Source: Dimorphilus gyrociliatus
Taxonomy: Eukaryota > Animalia > Annelida
DNA: 64,000 nucleotides
Reading direction: 5' to 3'
Assembly: GCA_904063045.1 (NCBI GenBank)
Contig: CAJFCJ010000030.1
Span: 248,001 to 312,000, forward strand
The notes under the pieces were generated by a model, which did no database searches, had not been told where the DNA came from, and saw only the letters and a list, made by a program, of their open reading frames with translations. Made by a program: the position numbers and the translations under genes. Below are positions 13,543 to 26,747 of the stretch, piece after piece (within the stretch, counting starts at the first letter, position 1; the number at the start of each line of letters is the position of its first letter).

Positions 13543-14451
13543 TTAAACGGCATTTCTCTTTATCCAATCAAGTTGCACACTAACTTTAGCATATACTCCT
13601 GGATGAGTTGGAAGGGCGCATCCCTCTCCCCATGATGTTAATCCAACGATTTCGAATTTTCCATTGTTATTGAAAGCCATTGGACCACCAGAGTCCATTT
13701 GACAGGTATCTCTTCCTGGGGCAGATGCACAGATCATGCTGTCATCTATTTCATCTGGATACGGTCCTTCGCAGTCAGTATTGGACCATACTCTAACATT
13801 AGTATATCTAAGTTCATCTGTGGCAGGACTTCCAGAGTACGTACCACCCCACCCCGAAATAGTGACAATTTTATCAACATAATCCACAGAACGTGGGCTA
13901 CAAGCTGGCGCTACATTTTCATTAAACACCAAAGGAGTAGCAAGTCTCAGCAAGGCAATATCATTTGAATGTTCTAAAGGATCTTCGTATTCTTCGTGAT
14001 TAATGATTTGTAAAACGTTTGATGTTTGTTCTGGGCCGTGAGGCTGACTTCTTTTATGATACCCAGACAAAACTTCTACTCCAATAGTTGATCCGGACGA
14101 AACACAATGAGCTGCAGTCAAAACCCAATTTGTATTCAAGATAACTCCGCCGCAATTGTGAACTTTAAATATGTAGATGCTGACCTGAAAGATTTCAAAT
14201 TGAAAGCTTGAAGTTTCTTAAGAAATGTTTACTTGATAGGGAAATTCGTTTGGTCTAGATTCCCATCCTCCAACAACTCTAGGACTCCTATGCCTTTCTA
14301 ATTCTCTGCCTGCATCGCTATATTTACTTTTACCACAGTCACCTGACAATAAATTTACGTTAAACAAGCACAAATATTTTAAATATCTATAGTTACTTAG
14401 CCATTGGGCGCTAACTGTGCCAACAAGAAGAATTAGGATGAAACTTTTCAT
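13543..14451 (-). CDS. trypsin-like serine protease T1 (S1A), Met193 variant
   Basis: Exons 14451-14397, 14342-14233, 14184-13543. Signal MKSFILILLVGTVSA, propeptide QWLSDCGKSKYSDAGRELERHRSPR, mature VVGGWESRPNEFPYQ; TAAHC, NDIALL, RDTCQMDSGGP; Asp189. Confidence 0.95.
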
Positions 14452-14533
14452 GTTTTATTAATCCGTTTGAAAGTGAAATATTCGCATTCAGAGCAATTTT
14501 TCAAATGTATTTATAGTGAAATGTATCGACTAT

Positions 14534-14549
14534 CATTTGTTATTTCCCA
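14534..14549 (+). promoter_or_regulatory. E-box-N4-TTCCCA composite element upstream of T1
   Basis: CATTTG TTAT TTCCCA, 19 bp upstream of a TATAAA (minus strand 14515-14510). The same arrangement recurs at other trypsin promoters. Confidence 0.5.
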
Positions 14550-16815
14550 GATATTCTAATTTGCCTTACAAAAATCTTATAATATTCAAAGTTTAATTTG
14601 TCTAAATTTTCCCTATCTTTTCATCAAATGTACTATAAATACTAGATATACATTTACTATTTATCATTAAGAAGTCGGAAGTATCATATGATAACTATTC
14701 GCAACAGTTCATACTTCTTTTTATTAGAAGTTTTATAAATAATCATAAAAAAACAAAGAATCCCTTCTCATAAGATATTCGTATCGACAACCATTGTTAT
14801 ATATGGATTTTTTGGAATTACTTTTATAAACATTCTGCGATGGTCAATAGTCATTGTAGCAATAGGAAAGTTTGATACCCCCTTGATTTCTCTTGACGTA
14901 TAGCTGTAAAGTCACAGTAATATGTACTAAATATACTTTATATATTAAATTAGTAAACATTCTATGTATTATGGAAATCTGAACAAAGAGAGTATAAAGT
15001 TGGAGAAATAAATTTAGAATATTGTTTCCCAGGAAATGTTCTATCTATGTGAAAAAACAGATGTTTTCAATAAAGTACATTATAAAGTATTGAGCAAATG
15101 AAGAGAAAGTATTACTCTCTCGAGTTGACTAGATGTATAGCAGATTATTAAAATCAACACAAAAGTCGTAACTGTGAAATTTTCAAATATATATATTTCT
15201 TTTATTAAAAAAAAACGTATCAAATGCATTAGACATTTCTAAAGTGTAATTAGTTAGTTGGCAATTAAGAAGAATTATAATTAAGACGTAATGGAAGAAA
15301 GAAATTTAATAAAGATCATTAGTTTTTAAAAATTTTAGATTTCTAGCTATTTTATTAAATCCAAGCGTTCCTCAAATTTAAATATAGTATTATCAATTTG
15401 AAGAAGACGTAAGTTAGAAAGTAAAAATATTTGTGCGTTTAACCATTCAATTGTACTTAGATAAAAATAGTTGTTGATAACTATTCTTAAATAATTGATA
15501 ACTCTCAGATCCAAATTGGATAACATTTTCTACGGGTTGATCATTAAATAGATACAGTCAAACCTATTTTCCAAGGATAATAGAAACACAAATTGGGAAT
15601 ATGGTTGACTGATATGTTGTGTTGACAATACCATATATTTCACAAAACAGTTTCCTCTCTCTGAGTTCAATTGACTTACATTCAAACACTTTAAGAACCA
15701 GTCTCATACTAGGATCAATGGATCGGTTATTGATGACTAAGTTAGTGAAGATAAACGCTATCGCCCGTACAGCCTTTGAACTATGAAAGTCAAAGCATTA
15801 TTCACAGAAAAGAAAATTCTAAAGGCAATAAGTTTAATACAAGAAATTTTTTTGAAGGTAGAGTATTAAGTATAAGTTTTGAAAGAAAACAATGGCTTTC
15901 TAACATTATCTCCAAGGATATTAAGATTATACTTTTAAAAGAAATACAAAGATAAAACTATGCCATGTTATAACAAGATAATAAACAATTATGCAGAAAC
16001 AGTTATAAATTTCGAAACAAACATGAGCAACTTAGATAACAAAGTTGCATTTAAAAGGGTTCAGTAAGTAAGGAAAAAATTTATGCCCATTAAGAGAACT
16101 ACTAGAATATAGTAGTCCTATTTGGATAATAGGGTTTTGTGCAGGACGTAGAAAAATAAAAAAAAACTGCATCTATCATACATTTACACTACTAAAGATA
16201 TTCTTTTTCTTTTTTACCATATCCTCTTTAACTTATTTATTAATCTATATAGTTCATATTAAAGCAATTTTGTCACTAATTGTAGAACAATACATTTACC
16301 TACACAAGTAATCCGATGACATATATTGAATGTAGATAAAAATTTCATTTCAAACAAAGCCTTTTATTAAATAATTAATCTGAATATTTAGAATTCGTCA
16401 GAGAGCTAAAGTATCAAAATTGACCAATAAAATTTGCAATCACAATTCTTATTTACAAATTGTAAATGACTCAATTCAATGGTAAAAGATGCCAATTATT
16501 CAATTCAGACTAGATAAAGAAAGACAATTGAAGTTTCACTTTCTTTTGATCATCTTATAATACAATTGATAAACTCATATCGAAAACAAATTATCATCAT
16601 TTACAAAAGTCTGCAAGGTTTCAAAATTTTCAAACATTAGCCAGTTGTTTTTTAAACATACCTATATCCAGTTGAGAACTCACATCATGATTTTGATAAC
16701 CAATCTTAAAAAACATATTAAAGTACGCTTCTTTTGTCTCAAAATAGTAATTGAAAAACATATAAATTGGTCATTGAGCATTAGATCATTACCTCGAGTC
16801 GAAGCAAACTCAATA

Positions 16816-17778
16816 ATGAAGGTTTTCTTGCTCTTAGCTTTTGTCGCCTGCGCCAGCGCTCAATGGGCACGTATGTTATTTTTATTCTTATTCTTTTTAT
16901 ATCAACCGATTGTTCTTTCATTATTAATTTTTATATATCTCAGCCAACTGCGGAAGAAGTCAGTACCCTGATCCTGCTCCCGAACAGAATACAGATGAAT
17001 TCGGTAGAGTTGTTGGTGGCTGGGAATCCAGACCAAATGAATTTCCTTATCAAGTAAGTATCTTCTAACATATGATCACGATATAATATTCATTCATAAA
17101 ATGACGAAAATTCATTTCATTTATTCTGATTTATAGTTGAGTTTGAGAAGATTTGGAAGTCACACTTGCGGAGCTGTCATCATCAACAGCCAATGGGCTC
17201 TTTCTGCCGCTCATTGTACTTCCTCTGGATCTGCAAGTGGTTTGGCCGTTGTTGCTGGAGCTCATCGTAGAAGCAGCCCAGCTGCTGCTGAACAAACTTC
17301 AAACCTTTTGAGTGTAACCAACCACGAAGACTACCAAAACCCCCTTCGTTACTCCAACGATATCACTCTTCTCAGATTGGAAACCCCATTGACCTTCAAC
17401 GCTCAAGTCACTGGTGCCTGTGCCCCAAGAGATGTCACCTATGATGATGATACCGTTACCATTTCTGGATGGGGATCTACCTTCTCTGGTGGTTTCGTTA
17501 CCGATGAATTGAGATACACCAATGTTCAAGTATGGAGCAATGATGAATGTTCTGGCCCATACCCAGGAAGCATCGATGATAGCATGATCTGTGCTGCTGC
17601 CCCAGGCAGAGATACCTGTCAAGGAGATTCTGGTGGCCCAATGGCTTACAACAACAACGGTCAATTCGAAGTTGTCGGTTTGACTTCATGGGGAAGAGGA
17701 TGTGCTCTCGCCACCCATCCAGGAGTTTACGCCAGAGTCAGTGCCAACCTCCAATGGATCGCTGATAACACCCAATAA
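16816..17778 (+). CDS. trypsin-like serine protease T2
   Basis: Exons 16816-16870, 16944-17053, 17137-17778. MKVFLLLAFVACASA-QWAPNCGRSQYPDPAPEQNTDEFGR-VVGG; SAAHC, NDITLL, RDTCQGDSGGP. Confidence 0.96.
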
Positions 17779-17855
17779 ACTATTTTAAATAAAGTGCCCA
17801 ATTCATAATAATACTTGTTTCAATAAACAATTGCTATAAAAATAGAACAAATAAC

Positions 17856-18078
17856 CTAGGCCAAACTTTGCAATCATTTCTAATTATTTATGACTTATGT
17901 CATACATGCCTCTTTTTCTTTAATACTTTTTAAAAAAGCTGAATGGTTACCATAAGTTTCTCTAACAGTTTAAAAGTACTAAATTCTTAAAACGTTTAAT
18001 GGTTTATTGAACCCTTTCCACTTTATTCAACAACTATTTTATCTGTATAATGATAGAGGAAACTTTTCATGCTATACT
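17856..18078 (+). repeat. about 220 bp inverted repeat, partner at 21599-21822
   Basis: 'ctaggccaaactttgcaatcatttc...aaacttttcatgctatact' is the near-perfect reverse complement of 21599-21822. The pair brackets T3. Confidence 0.9.
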
Positions 18079-19486
18079 ATGTTTTTAGAAACTATTTTTA
18101 GAGGGAGTCAGTACTATTTTAATTTTAATACATGACTAAATAATAAGAATTTTAGGCCTGATTTTCTTATCTTATCGTGCTATTCGATTTTTGAATTTCC
18201 AATATGTTGAAAGAGATTTTAATACAAAATTTAATTGAGATAAAGTTTCTATATAATATATTCCTAATGAAATAGTACTGAAAAAATGAGTCATCCATAT
18301 CTGCACTTAAGAAGAATAACAAAGATGAATAGGAAAACGAATTTTAAATATGAGAATCGACTTATTAATGAAGAGATTAATAAATTTTTTAAGGATAAAA
18401 TAAGAGTTACTTGTATTAAATCCTCAAAAACTAAGGTTTTTGACCATAAAAGTGGATAAGTTATAAGATTGGAGAGACAAGAGGAATAACTAAGAATATG
18501 AATTCAGAGCTTCTTGTGAAGAAAAAATCAGAGCTAGCGATAGTGTAACCAGAAGTTTGGTATACGTAAGAATATGTCATCGCAATCAGAGACCTTCAAA
18601 ATCAATGAATACAGGTTTTGGTCAGGCCTGTTAATTTTCACTCTATTTACATATTTTAGTACAGAAGTGCCGCTTGAGAAAAAAATACTCAATGAATAGT
18701 GGACTATCTTTCTGATAATCCTACTTTACCCAGTCGATTACTAGTGTAGATGTCATTAGACATTAGTAAACAGTAGATTACCTTGTTGTTATAAAATATA
18801 TTCAAGATTTACTGATAACACATAGACAATCATACTTTATCTATAGTAGTCCTCAATTGGATGATAATTCATATAGTAATTTCATTCAAATATTCATTTT
18901 TTCTATTTATCTCAAAAACCATGACTGTCAATAAAAATCTTGCAGAGATTACATTACTCTATTCTAACATTTTCATCAAATTTAGTATCTGATTTCGAAC
19001 TACTTGGCCAAAATCTTTATGCTAAGCCAATCCAAATAATATCTTTGGTTATAAAGTAAATATAAAGTAATATATATTTTATTCCGTTTCTATAACCTAA
19101 TTAACCTTTAAAAAATACACAAATGCATATTCGCACAATAATCAGTATGAAAATGAAAAATAGATAAAAACAAATACATTTTTAATAAAGAGACAATGTG
19201 CTTTTCTTTAAAGAGGCCATCCGATGACATGTAATGTAGTACGAGTGTCATCTATTATAAGAATGAAACTCTTATATATAAGAATTTTTCAGATATCAAA
19301 AATTACTCCTTTATTAGATAAACAGCATACGTTCTTCATCGAATTTTAATATTCAATGCAAATAAATAAATATAGTAATATCTATAAAAATCTAATTATT
19401 TCATAAATCAATAATTATTCTTCAAATTCACAAATCAATTTTTATTCTTAATTATTAGATTTAAAAGCTTTTATCATTCAAAATAA

Positions 19487-20421
19487 TCATTGTGCATTTG
19501 TTTTGATCCATTCCAGTTGAGCGCTTACTCTGGCATATACTCCAGCATAATTGGGTTCGGCACATCCTCTTCCCCATGAAGTCAAACCAATAATTTCAAA
19601 TTTTCCATTGTTATTATAAGCCATTGGACCACCAGAATCTCCTTGGCAGGTATCTCTTCCTGGAGCAGCAGCACAGATCATGCTATCATCAATTTGGTTG
19701 GGATAGGATAGGGAACAAAGGTCTTTAGCTTGAACTTGAACATTTGTATATCTCAAAGCATCAGGGGATGATCCACCCGAAGCTGTGTTTCCCCATCCAG
19801 AAATAGTTACTGTATTGCCAACGTAATCATCAACTCTTGGTGAACAAGCGGCAGCAACATTTGCATTTAAAACCAATTCGCTCGCCAAACGGAGGAGAGA
19901 TATGTCATTTGTGTGTTCCAGAGGATCATTATACTTTTCATGATTTATAATTTGAAGAACTTGAACTCTTTGAACAGCAGAACCATGATCACTTAATTTA
20001 TGAATACCAGCAACAACCTCATAATCTCTAGCATTTCCATCAGTACAATGAGCGGCACTTAAAACCCAACCGGTGTTCAAAATGACGCCTCCACAAGTAT
20101 GACTTCCAAACTCATACAAACTAATCTACATTGAAAACAATAAAATGTATGTAAATAATTGAAGAGAAAGTATACAAAATCAAATTCAATTATTTTACTT
20201 GGTATGGAAATTCATGTTCTCTTGACTCCCAACCTCCTACAACTCTTCCAAATCGATCAGTTTGTTGCTCAGGAGCCGGATTAGGATATTTGGACACTCC
20301 ACATTCGGCTAAACAATAAAACTAATTTACAAATACCTTTAATAGAAGAGCATTGAGTGTACTTACTGATCCACTGAGCGTTGGCACAAGTGATAAATGC
20401 TAGAAGAACAAAGACTTTCAT
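19487..20421 (-). CDS. trypsin-like serine protease T3
   Basis: Exons 20421-20367, 20308-20199, 20125-19487. MKVFVLLAFITCANA-QWITECGVSKYPNPAPEQQTDRFGR-VVGG; SAAHC, NDISLL, RDTCQGDSGGP. Confidence 0.95.
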
Positions 20422-21339
20422 AGTTAGATGATACTTCTTATTGAAGTGTTGAATATGGTATAATTCAAAGAGCCTTTTATAGAAGACCAAATGAGCTTTT
20501 TTCTATAATTAATTGTGGTTTTAACCACAACATCTGACATGTGACATGCATTTCTTCTCTCATTACTGAAATAATCAATCATTTAATAGACATTATTTTT
20601 TGTTTGTTTAAAAATGTTGCAAAAGTTCAATATGCCTAAAGGCGCATATGGTGTCTTAAAGTTCTCAAAAAGGGTTTTACAAAATATGACGTAAATAGTC
20701 AAAAATACAAATTAACTGAGCTGAAAACCTACTACAACAAAAATAACTACAAAATCGGCTATTTGCCGCAGAAGAATAATAATGTATTCATTGTATGTCT
20801 ATGTAATTTAATAAGTATGTATAGAGTGGAAAGATATAGAGACTAGAGACTAACCAAGTTAAGGAAAGGGAGATCCACCTATAAGTTACTTTAACAGGCT
20901 ATTTTTTCACAGAGAAATAATCCATTCGGATTATATGCATAAAGACACTCATGGAGCAGTAAACGAAAATAGATGTTATATAATTAAAGTTGTTAAATAG
21001 TGTTTTCTCTAATATTAACAGTATAATTAGGAATATCTATCTATTCAAGTCTTTTTAAGGTATTTTGAAGATTTCTGTGTTGTTTTTTAATGTGTGTCCC
21101 CTACAAGTTAAAAAAAAAAGCAAACACAAAATAATTACAGTTTGCATGTGCAGTTGTTATAAATAATTCAATTCCGTATTAAATAAATAATAACACTAAG
21201 ATATTAGTGTCTTAGGGAAATTAGTATTAAGCGAAGGCTCTTTAAAGAATATCTAAACAATTAAAGTAAAGTTTTAAGCTTTTTAATGTCACATATCTAA
21301 GTCTCCATATTATCAAAAATTCTCGTAATTAATATAGAA

Positions 21340-21822
21340 ACAAATAGAATCTAAACACACAAAAGAGTTCAATTTAAAAAAATCTGTTACTAGCAGTATG
21401 ACCCTTCTTTCGATTAAAATATGTCAATTAGTAGACAGTATGATTAAAAGTTCACTTCTATTTGTTTCACCTTATCTCTCTACTGCAAGTTAATTCTTTC
21501 ATAAATTAAAAATTAAGAGGTTATTTGTTCTATTTTTATAGCAATTGTTTTTTGAAACAAACAAAAAATAATGTCTATCAAATGATTGATTATTTCAGTA
21601 GTATAGCATGAAAAGTTTCCTCTATCATTATACAGATAAAATAGTTGTTGAATAAAGTGGAAAGGGTTCAATAAACCATTAAACGTTTTAAGAATTTAAT
21701 ACTTTTAAACTGTTAGAGAAACTTATGGTAACCATTCAGCTTTTTTAAAAAGTATTAAAGAAAAAGAGGCATGTATGACATAAGTCATAAATAATTAGAA
21801 ATGATTGCAAAGTTTGGCCTAG
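21340..21822 (-). repeat. mosaic of inverted copies of three local segments
   Basis: 21599-21822 = rc of 17856-18078; 21551-21601 = rc of 20564-20613; 21340-21550 = rc of about 26794-27002 (T5 3' flank, of which 21518-21550 is also the T2 3' flank). Confidence 0.8.
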
Positions 21823-22743
21823 CTCACAGATGAGCTTTCTTTATTCATTGGGTAGAATTATATGTGATAAAGGAAGCTCTGCATTGGATTAAGATTTTAA
21901 AATACGAATAGTTGAAAGAGCTAATGAATCACTATTGAAATTTTGAAAAGTTTTGTCATACAATATTACCAGTGCTACTTTCATTCAAATGTCTTTGCAA
22001 GAGAAAACAGTCATTTGCTTATTTAATAACTACTATCTCAGTAACTAATTATTTAAGGCGTAAAACATTAATGACTGAAGCTTATTCATAAACAGATTGT
22101 CATGGCAACAGAAAAGCAATAAAAGACTAGTATTCTAATAGTTTTCAATAGACGATTTCTTTGAAGTAATTTTATTAATTTTTACTAAGTAAACATTATC
22201 GACTTTTTAGACTCCAAATACAATAATATGACTGCTAGTAATGCTCAAACATTCCAAACCTTTTTAAAACTATGTAATACAAGCTAATGTGAAAAAGACA
22301 TGTGTTCCGTATACAGATAAGCAACAATTAAAATATATCCATTTGCTATGCTTAGAACATTCAAGGCCTAAATAAAAATAATTATCTAGATACATCACAA
22401 CTGATGTCAAAACATTACTAATTCACTTTAATTTTCACAAAGCCTATAAAAAACCTTCTGAACATTTCAGTTTTGATAGAAGTTCAAAAAACAGTACCAG
22501 TAACTGATAATATTTCACTGACAAAAATAGCTAAAATTGTGTGAAACAAAATCCACCACATGTTTCATTCTATTCTATGAAAGATCAGATTTTTTTCTTA
22601 TGTGAATTCAACAGCATGACTATGATAAAAAGTCTTAAATAAAAATACTAATTACGCATCTTTCGTCTCAAAATAGTAATGAAAAACATATAAATTGGTC
22701 ATTGAGCATTAGATCATTACCTCGAGTCGAAGCAAACTCAATA

Positions 22744-23706
22744 ATGAAGGTTTTCTTGCTCTTAGCTTTTGTCGCCTGCGCCAGCGCTCAATGGGCACGT
22801 ATGTTATTTTTATTCTTATTCTTTTTATATCAACCGATTGTTCTTTCATTATTAATTTTTATATATCTCAGCCAACTGCGGAAGAAGTCAGTACCCTGAT
22901 CCTGCTCCCGAACAGAATACAGATGAATTCGGTAGAGTTGTTGGTGGCTGGGAATCCAGACCAAATGAATTTCCTTATCAAGTAAGTATCTTCTAACATA
23001 TGATCACGATATAATATTCATTCATAAAATGACGAAAATTCATTTCATTTATTCTGATTTATAGTTGAGTTTGAGAAGATTTGGAAGTCACACTTGCGGA
23101 GCTGTCATCATCAACAGCCAATGGGCTCTTTCTGCCGCTCATTGTACTTCCTCTGGATCTGCAAGTGGTTTGGCCGTTGTTGCTGGAGCTCATCGTAGAA
23201 GCAGCCCAGCTGCTGCTGAACAAACTTCAAACCTTTTGAGTGTAACCAACCACGAAGACTACCAAAACCCCCTTCGTTACTCCAACGATATCACTCTTCT
23301 CAGATTGGAAACCCCATTGACCTTCAACGCTCAAGTCACTGGTGCCTGTGCCCCAAGAGATGTCACCTATGATGATGATACCGTTACCATTTCTGGATGG
23401 GGATCTACCTTCTCTGGTGGTTTCGTTACCGATGAATTGAGATACACCAATGTTCAAGTATGGAGCAATGATGAATGTTCTGGCCCATACCCAGGAAGCA
23501 TCGATGATAGCATGATCTGTGCTGCTGCCCCAGGCAGAGATACCTGTCAAGGAGATTCTGGTGGCCCAATGGCTTACAACAACAACGGTCAATTCGAAGT
23601 TGTCGGTTTGACTTCATGGGGAAGAGGATGTGCTCTCGCCACCCATCCAGGAGTTTACGCCAGAGTCAGTGCCAATCTCCAATGGATCGCTGATAACACC
23701 CAATAA
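22744..23706 (+). CDS. trypsin-like serine protease T4 (protein identical to T2)
   Basis: Exons 22744-22798, 22872-22981, 23065-23706. Direct copy of T2 at offset 5928, including introns and about 90 bp of 5' flank. 3' flank differs. Confidence 0.96.
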
Positions 23707-24506
23707 GAAGTTTCAAACTTGATACTTAAGCCAAAATAAATTGTAAAATGTTTTAAATTAGTTTCTATCACAAATAATTTCTTTTAAGTTGCGTTTGCGT
23801 AATTGCGCTATGACTATTCAGGTTGAATGTTTTACGTAGAAGAATTTTTTTGGAAGGCAAACACATATCTTAAATACAAAACGTATTGTTGGTGAAATAA
23901 TAACATTCTAAGAGACGATATAGTTTTCGGAAAGTATGAATACGTTTCTGCTTCACATGATAAAGCAATTTTATTCCATTACTAAAGGTAGATTAATTAT
24001 GATAATTATTTTTTTTAACAAAGCACACTTTTATTGCTTTCCTGTTGGAAATAATGTGAAGTTTTGTTAAAGGCTTCGAAAAGTCAACATCGATGAAACG
24101 TTTTTCTTTTTTTCGTAATTTTTGTAATTTATAAATACTTTGCACATGTTTCAAATAATGCTACAAGTTAAATTTTGAATGTATTACCTAATTGAAAGAA
24201 TGATAGAAAAAATAAGTTTGACAATTGACAAAAAAAAAATTGAAGACTAAAAAATCTTTTTCTAACCAACAAATGAGATCACGTAAATATGACATATTCA
24301 GTATTCTTTAGTTTTCAAAAGGACAGAATTTTTGAAAATGTTTCTTGAAAAACTCTTATATAGCGCATCTAAACAAAACGTATTGAATAATTGAAAAACG
24401 TTTCTTCCTGTCGGGAAAATGGCTTTCAACATTAAATAAACCTGTTGAATTTGAAATGGCACACTTTCTTATATGTTAATAATATATGTATATTAATTGA
24501 ATAAAG

Positions 24507-24965
24507 ATTTACTTATATAAGCTTGGAAGTCATACTTGTGAAGGGGTCATATTGAATACCGATTGTGCGTTAAGGCTGCACATTGTACTGATGGAAATGC
24601 TAGATGTTGAGGTTGTTGCTAGTATTTAAAAGAAATCATGAAAGATATGAAATCGTTTTTTAATGAAAACATTGCTCTTGTTTGTGTACCAAGAGTAGAT
24701 GGTAACATATATACATATACTGTATCAACAGAACAGTTATTCTTATTTATTGAATGGGGAAACACAGCTTTGGGTGTCTTAAACTGATAAATTGAGATGT
24801 ATAAACGTTTAAGTTTAAGCTAAAGATGCTTATCTTCTATCCTCTCCTGGTGAAATTGAATAGGACATTACTTGTGCTATTTCTGACGGAAGAGATACTT
24901 GCTAAGAATATACTAGTGAGCCTCTTATCTATCAACATATGATTTAGAGTTGTTACTGAAACTTC
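24507..24965 (+). pseudogene. decayed trypsin exon-3 relic, T3-like
   Basis: After the acceptor 'taaag' it reads IYLYKLGSHTCEGVILNTDC..., then AAHCTDGNAR (T3: ISLYEFGSHTCGGVILNTGWVLSAAHCTDGNAR). Followed by decayed 'aatgaaaacattgct', 'tggggaaacacagct' and 'ggaagagatacttgc' pieces with indels. Not in the ORF track. Confidence 0.8.
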
Positions 24966-25785
24966 TAAGAGTGTTTGATAAATCAAATAAAATTAAAGTA
25001 TTTGAGAGAATGAGAACTTAAATAAAAAGAATATTCCTATTAGTTTTGGAAAGTGATACGGAGAAAATTTAAATGCAGAAAAGCAATTTGTTCAAAAAGG
25101 GTTAAGGAATTGTGCATTCATAATGTTGAAAACAAACTTTAAATGTCACTTTCCCTTAAGAGATATAAAACAGAAACCTTTCATATTCTTGTTGTTCTAT
25201 ATTAGCTAAAATATATGACAATAAATATTTTAAATGTGAAGAAATTACAAAAACAGTTTGAATGATAAACATCTGTTCCCACTATGTTCACTTAAACTAA
25301 GTTTTAAAAAATTGTGCCGTGAAACAACAGATCTGTAAAAAAAACCCCATTCGTTATATTAAAAACCATCTACAAATTTCGTACCATTTTAGGTCATTTT
25401 ACAATTGAAAAGTAAAACACATCATTATGTAAGTAATCTATCAACACTAACTATTAAAAAAGCCGTTTTATTAAACCACAAGTATCTTTAAAGAATTCAA
25501 AAGCTTTTTTATTTAATTCATAACTAACAGTATAAGAGTCACACTGGTCTTTTATTATATAATCAGATTAGTAAAATAAAAATAACAAAAAAAATAGTAC
25601 AAAAACATCAATTGAAATAGAAAAATACATCTCATTAATAAAAGTGTGAGAAAATAACACACAATAAATGACTATCTAGCATTAAAAAACCAGATGTTCA
25701 TCAGATAAAAATCTTATACTTTTCACTATAAAAAGACTCAATTTTCGTAATATATTACACTTTCTTTTGAATCACCTCTTCAGCC

Positions 25786-26747
25786 ATGAAAGTCTTCCTT
25801 CTTCTTGCCTTTGTCGCCTGTGCCAGCGCTCAATGGGCACGTATGTTATTTTTATTCATATTCTTTTTATATCAACCGATTGTTCTTTCATTATTAATTT
25901 TTATATATCTCAGCCAACTGCGGAAGAAGTCAGTACCCTGATCCTGCTCCCGAACAGAAAACAGATGAATTCGGAAGAGTTGTTGGTGGCTGGGAATCCA
26001 GACCAAATGAATTTCCTTATCAAGTAAGTATCTTCTAACATATGATCACGATATAATATTCATTCATAAAATGACGAAAATTCATTTCATTTATTCTAAT
26101 TTATAGTTGAGTTTGAGAAGATTTGGAAGTCACACTTGCGGAGCTGTCATCATCAACAGCCAATGGGCTCTTTCTGCCGCTCATTGTACTTCCTCTGGAT
26201 CTGCAAGTGGTTTGGCCGTTGTTGCTGGAGCTCATCGTAGAAGCAGCCCAGCTGCTGCTGAACAAACTTCAAACCTTTTGAGTGTAACCAACCACGAAGA
26301 CTACCAAAACCCCCTTCGTTACTCCAACGATATCACTCTTCTCAGATTGGAAACCCCATTGACCTTCAACGCTCAAGTCACTGGTGCCTGTGCCCAAGAG
26401 ATGTCACCTATGATGATGATACCGTTACCATTTCTGGATGGGGATCTACCTTCTCTGGTGGTTTCGTTACCGATGAATTGAGATACACCAATGTTCAAGT
26501 ATGGAGCAATGATGAATGTTCTGGCCCATACCCAGGAAGCATCGATGATAGCATGATCTGTGCTGCTGCCCCAGGCAGAGATACCTGTCAAGGAGATTCT
26601 GGTGGCCCAATGGCTTACAACAACAACGGTCAATTCGAAGTTGTCGGTTTGACTTCATGGGGAAGAGGATGTGCTCTCGCCACCCATCCAGGAGTTTACG
26701 CCAGAGTCAGTGCCAACCTCCAATGGATCGCTGATAACACCCAATAA
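25786..26747 (+). pseudogene. trypsin-like protease T5, T2/T4-type, 1-bp frameshift (may be a sequencing error)
   Basis: Exons 25786-25840, 25914-26023, 26107-26747. 'tgcccaagag' at 26391-26400 versus 'tgccccaagag' in T2/T4 (C4 to C3). Otherwise almost identical to T2. Confidence 0.7.

Noticed and set aside
14600-16700. Many GATA (WGATAA) motifs near the trypsin genes
   Set aside because: Expected by chance at this AT content; enrichment cannot be shown without a background calculation.
16645-17057. ORF-track proteins such as MFFKHT..., MGTYVIF..., MDQYVFV..., MVDGSQDQ...
   Set aside because: Read-through of real exons into introns or off-frame readings. The spliced models explain them.
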